In this document: positions 44,301 to 54,822 of the stretch, in pieces
Layout of the letters: each line of letters opens with the position of its first letter
Position numbering within the stretch: the first letter of the stretch is position 1
Assembly: GCA_965644315.1 (NCBI GenBank)
Contig: CBFFRQ010000062.1
Span: forward strand, 248,001-312,000
Direction: 5' to 3'
Length of the DNA stretch: 64,000 nt
Source: Caecitellus pseudoparvulus
Lineage: Eukaryota > Protista > Bigyra: Bicosoecida
The notes under the pieces: generated by a model
The model's input: the letters and a program-made list of their open reading frames with translations, nothing else
Databases searched by the model: none
Told to the model about the DNA's origin: nothing
Translations under genes and position numbers: made by a program

Positions 44301-46224
44301 AACTGCGCTGTCAGGGCCGCCGGACACTGACGACGCCTTGGCAGCTGCGGCAGCTGGTCTGCCCAGCACCGCGCAGTGGGCGACCCACACCGCCCGGCGT
44401 GGCAGCTTTGCCGCCGTGGACGAGCAGCAACAGACCCCCCCCTCCCAGCCGGCGCGGCAGTATGAGAGCAGCCAAGCAAGTTGGCACACAGCCATGAGCC
44501 CTGGGTCGGACGACAGTGATGGCGATGAGGGGGGCGACGATGGCTCTGCCCGGTCCGTTGCAGACTTGCTGCACCGCTCCCACAGCGGCGAGCACACCCA
44601 GCTAGCCCACGCGCTGCGGCATGCGGCAGTGGGCATGCAGCGCAGCATCGCGAGTGAGGGGCCGCCGCCTGGCCTAAGCATCGTATCACCTACGCCCGAC
44701 GCCCTGGTGCGCAGCCACTCCACGCAGTTGTCCAGTGACACGCCTCGCTCGGCCCTGGATGGCATCTCGGGGGAAGCCATCCCCTTCAATTCTGCCGGCT
44801 GGCTCAGCCCCAGTGCTGCCCATGCAGCTGGCACTGGACTTGGTCTAGGTCTTCCTTCTCGGGATGCCGCTGCCTGGAGTGCCCCCATGGCAGGGCCGGC
44901 ACAGACCTCCCTGCAACGCGTGCGCTCAGCCGAAATCCCGTTCATGGTCGCTGCGGCAGCGCTAGGCACGCCACTGGGCACCCCTCGCATGGCAGCTGGT
45001 TTGGGTGCGGAGGGTGGGGAGGAGGAAGGGGGTGTCGGGGAAGGGGGTGAGTCCCTCACTGACTCCGTGCGGTCCCCCACGTCAGTGCAGCCCCCCCCGC
45101 GCATCCTGGTGCTGCCTACGCTCCCCAGCAATGGACGCCCCGCATGGGATTTCTCAGCCATGTCCTGGAATGTGCTGGTTGACGCGCTGGCCGCAACGGG
45201 GGGCGAGACGGCCTCAGCACTGGCCACCAAAGTGTGGTCTTTCCGCGGCCCCCGCATCAAGAAACACCTACTTTACCACTGTCCCGACATTCTCGCACTA
45301 CAAGAGGTGCAGTGCGATGTGGCCGCCCACAGCCGTCAACGCCTTCGTTCTACGGCGTGGCCGGGGGTGTATGAAAACATCGGCTGGCGTGACCCGGTAC
45401 CGACCGGCGCTGCCTCCCACGCCACCTGGTTGGGCCGGGCCTTGCATGGTGCCGGGTACGATGTGTGCTTCGCTCCGCGCTGGGTGACCGGCAGTGTACG
45501 AAGCAAAGCATTCAATTTCGGCAACACAATCGCCTGGCGCAAGGCTGAATTCGAAGCTACTGCCATGTACAGCGTGCACTTGGCCCAGGCAGTCGCAGCT
45601 GTGAGCTCTCAGTGCGCTGCTGCACTGCCCAGTGATGTGTACCCGCAGGTCACACCGGTGGCCGTCTTGCGACACACCCGCACCGGAGCAGTACTGCTGG
45701 CTGCCTCCACCCACCTCAACGCCAATTGGCGCCAGCCCCACACGCAGCTGCTGCAGTGCGCTGGGCTGTCAGCCGCCCTCGCATCCCTCGCGGAGCACCA
45801 CTCCGCCTCAGCGATTACCTGCCTGGGGGACTTCAACAGCCTCCCCACGCACGCCTGCTACGAGTGGATGCTAAACTGCAGCCTGCTCGGAGACCACCCC
45901 ACCGTGAAGGACTTGGCGAAGTGCGGCCTCCTGCCTCCAGGCCAGCGTTTCACGGTGCCAGGGGTCGAGCTCACCTTCACGTCGGCGTATGCGCAGTGCA
46001 TGGGTCGGGAACCAGCCTACACCAACTACGTGCAGGGCTTCGAAGGCTGCTTGGACTACCTGTGGACCTGGCGCCTGGTGCCCATCTCCACGCTGAAGCC
46101 GCTGCCCGACGCCACCATGACTGCCTCGGGGTACCTTCCCAACCACCAAATCCCTTCAGACCACATCCCCTTGCTGGGTCTATTCAGGTTCGTGGATGGG
46201 GACCTCGTCACTGGTGGCCTCTAA
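41354..46224 (+). CDS. La-motif (LAM) x3-4 + CCR4/nocturnin/Angel/PDE12-type EEP phosphohydrolase fusion protein
   Basis: Introns 41417..41540 and 41719..41788 extend the 1503-aa ORF to MSAKRRFTK. Best LAM: QLAFYFSDEHY..Y.K...DENGFVRIREL....RLRAM..V..A. EEP motifs SWNVL, PDILALQEV, N.I.W.K..F, STHL.., GDFNS, SAY..EP.YTNY..F.G.LDY, LPN..IPSDHIPL. Confidence 0.85.
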
Positions 46225-47326
46225 TGCTTGCGCCTCGTCGCCAGGGCTGCCGCTGCAAGCTGCAGCAGCAAGCCACTCTGTCCTGTATGCTGCCGCCGCT
46301 GCGGCCCATTCACCAGCGGAGTGGCATGCCGGGCATTGGAAGGAGCTTGGGATGAGAACGGTGGTTGGAGTGCCAGTCAGACTGTGCCTGGCCAGGCACA
46401 GCCAGTGGGCTGTAGCTTCACACTGTGGGCATTGCCACGTGGGCCGGCCCATCTCACCACACACACAACACACCCGAGGCTGTGTGGAAGGGACAACAGC
46501 CCCCTCCACTGCTGCTTCCATCTCCCCCATGCTGCTGGCTTCGTCTTCCGCCTCATCCGCATCCGTTACGGACCCGGCCGAGCTGCCAGACCTCTCGCTG
46601 CCGGAGGTGGCGGTGGGAAGGCAACCTCCTGCTGCCCACGACCCCAAGATGTCTGGCACCGCTTCACTGCCGCTCCAAGATTGTAACAGCTCGGGGGTGG
46701 TGTGTAGCACAGTGGCAGGGGGGGGGCCACCAGGCAGGCCAGCAAAAGCCTGCGGTGGGCTGGGGTTGTGTGGGCTGTTCCTTTGCTGCGGAAGCGGGGC
46801 GGCCTCACCTTCACATGCCTTTCGTGCATGATTGCGACCGTCAACTGCATGTGGCACCAGGGAGCGCACTTGAGCAGGAAATGCAGCTCCCTCAGCCGTG
46901 CCAGAGCACCACGCCGAGAGCGCGGAAATTGACGCCGCACCTCTCTGAAGTGCACGCTGCGATCTGGGTGCTGCCCTGCTCAGCGATGGGAAGCTGGGAG
47001 TTGCTGATGAATGCAGCAAAGGTCTAAGTAGCTACACGCCACTCACATGCCCACTCGAATTGCAGGCCGACGGTTTGCGAGACAAACCCACGCACAACGG
47101 CAACAAATGACCAAGGCTGTCTCTTGCGTGTGCGGCGAGCCCCAGCTGTCACTTCGCCATTGTGCTGCCGCAAACGGCGATAGGGAGACACTGTGAAACC
47201 AATGTATGTGGCTGTGCTGCCCACTCTCGAAAGGCTCTCCAAACAATACACCATGCTCGGCGCTTGCTTCAGGGAGGCTGCCAGTGCCTCCACATGCTTG
47301 CCTTGCCGGGCGGCCACTGCTGCCAT
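46180..47326 (-). CDS. SLX1: SLX1 GIY-YIG structure-specific endonuclease with RING/PHD-like Zn finger
   Basis: VYCL.S..TYIGFTV.P.RRLRQHNG...GA.RT....PW, LQFEWA|WQHP. Introns 46976..47046 and 46750..46808. CCVC..CPQC...H..CLA..CPAC.....W. Confidence 0.93.
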
Positions 47327-47404
47327 GTGACAAAATGCAAGCAAATGCCAAAACATGCGAACCAACTGTGGCGTGCTTTTCTTGCCACCAAAAATATATG
47401 CGTC

Positions 47405-48135
47405 ATGGAACCTCTGCAGGCAAGCCACAGGTGCGATTCGCAGCACATCAAAGCGTGCCTGCACTTTGATGACCCCGCGCCGCCTCCACACTCACGGACA
47501 GGTTTAAAGATGCGTTTGCACGCTTTGCTTCCTTAGACCCCTCTGCCCAAGTGGCCCACGCTGCAGCCGCAGCAGCTGCTTCCAAGCAAGGCAGCGAACA
47601 TGAAGCGATTGAGCTGCCGCAAAGTGCACTGCACCAGGACACCAGGCAAGAAGTGCACAGCGCTTTGGTGGTGGTGTTCAAGCACCTAGCATTCCACGCA
47701 GCCAAGGTGGATCAAATTCCCACTGCTGTCTCAAACCTGGGCGTTGACGATGCAAGCGTGAGTGTGACAGCGAGCGGCCAGGACTGAGGTGCCCTGCACT
47801 GGCTTGCGCTGTCGCTCCCCACTTCACAGCTCACAGTCCTGGGGGACGAATGGGCAAAGCAAGGCACAGCCCTCATCGCGGCTTCCAAGAAACTCGCCTT
47901 GGGCACTCCTTGGATTTGCACCGACGTGGGGAGTCAGCTCAGCATTTGCCTGGGCTCGGACGCGGCAGCCAAAGCCAGTGACATGGCTGGCATGCTGCGC
48001 CTGCAGCTTCGCCAGGGGGCACAGGAAGGCGCCCCAGAGAAGCAGATCATTACCCAGATGGGACAAGAAGAACTGTACCAGTTACTGGTGCAGTTGGACA
48101 AGGTGCAGCAACAGCTTGACGCGCTGTCTGGCTAA
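47405..48135 (+). CDS. COMMD10: COMM-domain protein, COMMD10-like
   Basis: Introns 47431..47501 and 47758..47829 give a ~195-aa protein. C-terminal ..MGQEELYQLLVQLDKVQQQLDAL matches COMMD10 (ELFDFYNKLETIQAQLDSL). The COMM Trp is replaced (DVGSQL vs .VGWQL). Confidence 0.75.
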
Positions 48136-48190
48136 CCTGCGGCGCGGTGCAATGCACGCTTCACTCGCGACCACGCGGTACATTGCAAGC

Positions 48191-50209
48191 TCACTTGTGC
48201 GAGAGGGCAGATTCGCTTGTCTTGCCCTCGCCCCCAGCCAATGCTTGCGCGTGCACGCGCGAGTACCGGTGAAGCCGCACTGCGTCAGCAACATCCCTTG
48301 CCTCACCGCACCCCAACAGCCACTCACGGAAGTGCGCTTGCACCGCGGTCTGCACCTCGGCCATTTGCTCACCGTTCAGTCCACTTTCCAGGGCCAGCTT
48401 CCGCAAATGCGCGAACCCACCCCAATGCGCCCCATCACTGGCCTCGTGGAACGCGGTTGGCACAGGCAGCAGGGGGGTGAATGCCAGCTCGGCGTCGGAG
48501 CCGGCAGAGAGGCTTGGCACGACAGTCATGCTCCACTCACGGGCCTCCATGACTGTGTAAGGCTTCGGTGCAGCCTCAGATGCGGCGACAGCCAGCACCT
48601 TTGGCTGCCGCCAGTACTCTGCCTCGGCATCGGCAGCCTTGCCATCACCCGACCCTGAGCTCGCGCCAGTCTGCAACGGCAGAATGCCGACACTGGCCAG
48701 ATGTGACGCAAGGGAAGGATAGTGCACGTTGAAGGGCGCCAGTACGATCTCACGGCAATCTCCAACAATGCTGGGGCTGCTGGAGCACCACGAGTACACT
48801 GTGCACCCAACACAGTTCACGAGGCGGACGCGGGGGCAAGCGACAATAACGATGCATGCTTGGCAAGCCTGCAGTGTCACCACCTGGGATGCAGCCGCCA
48901 CGACCAACGTGCACCGGGAGCAGCCCCGCAAGGATGCCATGCGCACAGGACGAAGGCAGTACACCTTGCTCTCCACGCACGCCTCCACCCGCACATCCAA
49001 ATCCGGCTTACACAGGGCACTGTCTGCCTCGCTCATGACACTGCCGGGAGTGCTGCCACCGGCCGCACGCACCGAACGAACCGTGCCATTGGAGGACACA
49101 ACGTGCTCACCCCAAACAGCCACCATGCAGCGCCCAACATTGGACACAACAGCTGGTAGGATGGTGGGCGTGATGGACACCCCAGGCACGCCACCAGAAG
49201 ACCTGGATGGCGCAGCTGGGGGGCTGGCAATGCCCTGCCGTGCCGTGTTTGACACGTTGGTCAGTAAGTCGTTCACACTCAGGTCCTGCTCAAGAAGCGT
49301 CAGCAGGCTGCCCACAGTCAACGGGGCCGACGCCTCACCTCCGTGCAGCGAACGCAAGGCAGTGGCCAGACTGGAATACTGCTGCCCAAAGGTAGGCCCA
49401 GCCCCGAGAAGCAGGCCCAAGGCAGCTTCGTCCTCAGGGCCGAGTGCCAGCGCGGCCACTGACGCCACCCCATGCAACCCCCGCATGTACGCCTCAATGC
49501 ACGACCCCAAGTGCTTCGCCACGAAGGCTGTGCGCTGCGCGACGTCCAGTCCTCGGTGCTGCAGCGCCGCAGCACGGGGAGACGCCGCGGCACCAGGAGA
49601 TGAGGGCGGCGCTCCAGGCGACCCTCCAGGTGACAGCTGGTGTGGAGGGGCACGACCACCACCAAAACCAGCTGGGGATGCGGGGCTACCTGGGGAGGCA
49701 GCCCCACTGGGGGATCGGCCTTCAGCACCAGGCCACGCGGCAGTCATGTGACCCTTCGCTCCGCCGCTGCCCGTGGGCCGAGAGAAGGCGTGCACCAGGG
49801 CAACAATGCAAACTCCCAGGGCTGTGTAGTGGGATTCCTGCGTCAGCGCCTGGATATTGGCCATAAACCTGCACGCAACAGAACCAAAAAACCCTGCAAG
49901 CCGTGCAGCTGTGATCGCGCCAGCGCCAGACGTACGTTTCCGTCACTGCTCCATCCCACTTAAGCTTCGACGAGCAAACAGCAACTATGTCAGAAGGTCT
50001 GTTGGAAGGTGGAATCAATACCGTGCGCAGGCCCTCTCTCGCTCGCCAAGCCGCACGCCATACCTAAGTCGGCCACCCTCGGCACGCCGCCCAAATTCCG
50101 CGATGGCTTCCAGCACTTCCTCAACCGAAGGCTGCTGCTCTGCCCGGCAGGAAATACCATGCTCAAAGACAGAATCAACAACCCACACCTTCGAACTGGC
50201 TGAACTCAT
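48191..50209 (-). CDS. TBCCD1: TBCC-domain-containing protein 1 (C-CAP/cofactor C-like beta-helix)
   Basis: N-terminal WV..+FEHG; beta-helix V.VE.C.ES.VY...P+R..SL.GC..CTLV..C.RV.L.NC..CT.Y....S.P.I.GD.R.I.LAPFN..Y..L; C-terminal FREWL..G..RD+.D. Introns near 50063-49999 and 49935-49869. Confidence 0.85.
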
Positions 50210-50419
50210 GGTGATGGCGAGTCAGGAGGCGTGGTCACGGACGACAGCACCTCCAACGGCACACAGCCCACCTGCCACTCACTGCACTCGATACTCGCCT
50301 CACAGAGCCGTCCACCAGTTGCAATGGAAGGGGGAATACGAGTGCAAGGAGAAGTGCGCAGGAGCATTTGAACGATACAGTTGTATCCATTAACGGCCCC
50401 TGGTTTCTGCTTACCTGAC

Positions 50420-53300
50420 ACATCGATGGCGACAAGGGAGCACATGCCGATGCCCAGACAAGATCACAACAAACCAAGCGCACACACGTCGTTGCCAACA
50501 TATAACGAGCAGCACTGTGGACGTGACCACAAATGCCTAACCAGCATCAACAAGCACGCGTTTTCACGCGACCAACCAAACAAGCTGCCAGCCTGCCGGA
50601 GCGAATCAAATGCTCAAGCGCAACAGCCTAAACTCCACATGAACAACCCGAGAAACACCTGGACGGCACAACCAAGCCATTGCATTCTGATGTCGAGCAG
50701 CCAAGCACAACCATGCATGACAAGCGTAGTGCGCAAACAGGACAAATCAACAGCCTGATGGATGCATTGCCAGCGATCTAAACGCTGGAGCGAGCCACAT
50801 TGCAAGCAACACACAAAACTCACAACTTGCTTCGCAAAACACAGAATTCAATGCCATGCCGAAACAGAGGACTAAACTCTCAAGGTGGAACAGAGTCTGA
50901 AGCGACAATGCTTGTTTAACATAAAGTACAGGGCAGCTAAAGTACAAAAGTATTTCTTGACAGCACATAACGATACAGTTTATGGAGCGTTCCACCCTTC
51001 CACACTCCACAAGTAAGACGGCGGGAAAGTTGATAGTCCTCTAGTGCAATAATTGCTTCTTTTTAAGTGAGCAGAGGAGTCTATGTCAGTGGTTGTTTCG
51101 TATAGCTTCCAGCTCAGAAACTGAAGTGAAAACCGAAACCACTTGCATGCAGAGCAGGTCAATATTGCCGTTCTCAAGCCGGAGTCTAGTTGCCGCGCGT
51201 ACCATGCTTCAAAACTGATCAGGCTCAAACCTGCAAGTGCCCAAGACTCTTCTTCAACCCCTTTGGTTCTAACGAAGACATAAACCTGCTATACATAAAC
51301 AGCTGTGATCCCTTCCCAACTATACCAAACTACTTCGTACTCTTAGTAGTTGCCTGCACATTTTTTCAATGCTACACTGTAGTATTGAGTAAATGATGCT
51401 TAAAACTTGAACTTTATTGATTCACCTCTTCTGCTCGTTTTTGCGCACATGTAATGGTCGGTTACCATTGTGCTGGCTGAGCCATTTTGCAGCTTGCATA
51501 TGATTTGACGAGTATGTTTCTTGACGGATCGCCCGTTCGAGGGTAGCTCAAGACGAGACCGTCAAGGTGGCCCGAATCACACTAACGAAGCCCGCCGAGT
51601 CGTTGAACACACCAAACACCCCGTCTAGTGCCTGTTCCAGTTCGATGGGGAAAAGCACAAAGATTAAACCTACACAATTGAGCGTCTCTGCATTAAATGT
51701 CCGTAGGTGGTTTGTGGCACCACCCCCCTCGTTTCGCCCCTGGTACTCATGCAGAACGCTCCTTTGCCGGAAGGCAAAAGCATTCGAAGGTCAAGTTACA
51801 CATGAGTCGCTGTCGCACCTCACGTTTTGGTTGCCGTTAAGAAGAAGTGGATGACTCCTGTTACGGAATACTTCTCGAACGGAAAAATGGAAGCTGCTCA
51901 TTTCGAGAGTATGTCCGAAGCGTACGCTTCTATACCAGCATGAAAGTTAGGGACAAGCTTACGTTGTCTTCCCGATACAAGAGTCTTTCGTACTTGAATT
52001 ATGCAATGCTTCATTGCATAGGAAGATATCAGTTTCTTCAGTACTTCTCAGCGTGTGGTGCTTGTGAGAAGCATGCAAGCCCACGTGTTCACAGTTCGGT
52101 TCATATGTTTGAGCATTTGGCAACAGTTTGCCAAGGAAATTGTCTCACTTTCCACGGTCTATGCGTGAAGAGTTCACGCATCGAACCTTCACATGAACAC
52201 AAGTTCTGTGTCGGGCCAGGTGCAGAGTGAATCGAGTGCTGTGCTCGACCAAGCTCTTTCATTTTCCATTCACAAGTACTTGCATGAGCAACCCACAGAG
52301 CATGTCTGTAGACACGATGAATGATTGTACCTTAGAATGACAGGAAGTTGTATCAATTGCTTGTACTAGGTATTTGCACAATACATTGTGCATCATTGTA
52401 CTTTGTTGAGTGTGTGGTACGAGGTGAAGAATTCGAGAACTTTTGCAGGTTTTAACGAAGTGCTTTGCTTTTCAGATGCTTAGGAGAAAGGGGATTGCTT
52501 AACTCAAATTCTACCTGTAGTTTATGCAACAGTACTCATTCACCTACCGGGCAAAGATAATGGATTATTTCATTATGTTAGAGAAGTACCAGATGCAGAT
52601 GCGCATTCTCGATTAGAGGCGGGACACCTGCAATCGATTTTTGGCAGCTACGCAAAAGGCGGTTTTCATTTTGCGTGTGCAAGGACTCCCGGCATACTTC
52701 GTTCTACTTCAAGCTTATAGTATTTTTTCGGCTTGGAGAATGCGCCTAATTCGTTGCTGTTACATCATAGGTTCCGTTTCAATGACGACTGTCTAGTTTT
52801 ACGCTGCAGTAGCACATCTTTCCTTGAGTGTGGCCATGGAACATGAAAGAGTTATTCTTATGCGTTTGAAGTAGACTATTTTCCCATGTCAATGCCTGGA
52901 GGAATCTCTTCGGTGATCGTTTCTCAGCAAGGGCTCAGCTCGACGCAGCAGCTCCAATGCTCAAGTCATTTTGTAATTCAGTCGGGGAAAGACAGCTTTT
53001 TTTCCCCAGAAAGAAAACAGCTAGGTACATTTTAGGATGGAACGGTAGGAGGATGTTTCTTGTTTTCGAATTTCTGGCTTCGCTTTTGGGCATTGCTGTC
53101 AGACAACTTGGGTACATTGCAGCTGTGCTTTTCCTTCATGCACACTGATCCTGTGCGCGTGTTGCTTTCGCTGAGTTCGAATTTGTGAGTATCGGACCCT
53201 CCTCAGCTATTATTTTGAGGTTCCGCTGTTTCTCAGTCAGAGTGGCGGTTCAAAACACTCAGATACGCCTGGAAACTACTTCAAGAAACTTTGCACCGTA
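50420..53300. other. Gene-free low-GC island (roughly 40-45% GC, locally <30%); candidate regional centromere / replication origin
   Basis: Hand counts: 16/60 GC at 51361-51420 and 21/60 at 52321-52380, against 60-70% in flanking genes. No credible ORF. It is the longest intergenic gap in the window and lies between divergent genes. The function is inferred. Confidence 0.5.
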
Positions 53301-53320
53301 GAAAGTCTTCACACTGAGTC

Positions 53321-54803
53321 ATGGCTGCTGCTTCACTTGCAAGGCGCCTCGCCAGCGTTGCTGGCGCGCGCTTTGCCCGGGCTCAGGCGCCAGTTTGCGT
53401 GGGTGTGTGGCAAGGCATTCGGGCTCCAGCATCCCGAGGGTTGAGCACAAGTGCTTCGTTTGACGATGTCGTGACTGCACATGGACCCACTATTGCTGGG
53501 CATTCAGACTCCAGTGTGAAGCTGGAGTTCTACGGGCTGTACAAGCAAGCAACCAAAGGTGACGTCAACACGGGTAAGTTCCGCAGTGAGTGCGGTTGGA
53601 TGCAGCAATGCGACATGTCCAGGCTTCCCCTGCACGCAGAGGCACCTTCCATGCTCTCATTCGTGGACCGTGCCAAGTGGGATGCATGGAATGCTGTGAA
53701 AGGTGCGTGAGGGCCTGTCTCGTGGTGTGTGTTTGGCCTGGTGCAGTGCAGTTGGGTCGTGACCACGCCATTGAATATTCCGCTCCGGCGCCATTTCAGG
53801 GTTGTCGAAGGAGGACGCGAAGGCAAAGTACGTTTCTCGCGCGCTTGAGCTGTTTGGTGATGTGGGCAGCAGCGGGGGCTCCGCGGCTGCAAGCAAGGAT
53901 GAGGAGTACACACAGTGGCCTGCCTTCGCTGCACACACCGCGCCAATGCTGCCAGCTGGCACATTCGAGGGACAAGTGGCGTTCATCACCGGCGGTGGAA
54001 CTGGGCTCGGGAAAGCCATGGCAACCACGCTGAGCAAGCTGGGTGCTAAGGTTGTCATTGCGTCACGCAAACTGCCGGTGCTTGAGTCCGCTGCTGCCGA
54101 GATTTCTGCCGAGTCAGGCGGGGAAGTGCTGCCTGTGGCGTGCGATGTGCGAGACGTGTCTGCTATCAAGGCCGCCCTGGATGCTTGCGAGGCCAAGTTC
54201 GGGTTGCCAACTGTTGTGATCAACAACGCGGCTGGCAACTTCATCTCGCCAACTGAGCGCCTGAGTTCAAACGCGTTTGGCAACGTAGTGGACATCGTGC
54301 TGAAGGGCACAGCGAGTGTGACGCTGGAGGCAGGCAAGCGCTTGATTGCCGCCAAGCAGAGCGCAACGTTCCTCAGCATCAGCACGACGTATGCTGACCT
54401 GGGGTCTGGGTACGTGACCCCTAGCGCCGCTGCCAAGGCAGGCGTTTCCAACATGGTCAGGTCTTTGGGGTCCGAGTGGGGAAAGTATGGCCTGCGCTTT
54501 GTAGGCATTGCCCCCGGCCCCATTGAGACAGAGGGGGCTTTCAGTCGCCTGGACCCCACTGGGCAGTTCCGGCGTATGATGATTGCCCGCCTGCCGAGCA
54601 AGCGCCTCGGGGAGACTGGTGAGCTGGCGAACTTTGCCTCGTACTTGGTTTCACCGTATGCGGGGTGGATCACAGGGCAGGTGTTCACGTTTGATGGTGG
54701 AGAGAGCACGTTCATGAGCGGCGAGTTCAATGAGCTGGAGCGGGTGACAGAGGCGCAGTGGGACAGCATCGAAGCCATTATCCGGGGTGGGAACAAGAAG
54801 TAA
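53321..54803 (+). CDS. DECR1: Mitochondrial acyl-CoA-binding domain (ACBP) + 2,4-dienoyl-CoA reductase (DECR1-type SDR) fusion
   Basis: Arg/Ala/Ser presequence ..[27 protein letters not shown]....RAKWDAW..VKG+SKE.A..KYV. DECR1 [43 protein letters not shown]+YG+[14 protein letters not shown]. Introns 53574..53639 and 53703..53799. Confidence 0.93.
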
Positions 54804-54822
54804 GCGGCATGCAAGCAATGCA

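Noticed and set aside
52375-52392. Inverted repeat TGCACAAT-AC-ATTGTGCA
   Set aside because: A single 8-bp palindrome is weak evidence and has no supporting context.
50420-53300. Endogenous virophage/Polinton or transposon as the explanation for the low-GC island
   Set aside because: No TIRs, LTRs or TSDs and no long AT-rich ORFs are visible; a highly decayed element cannot be excluded.
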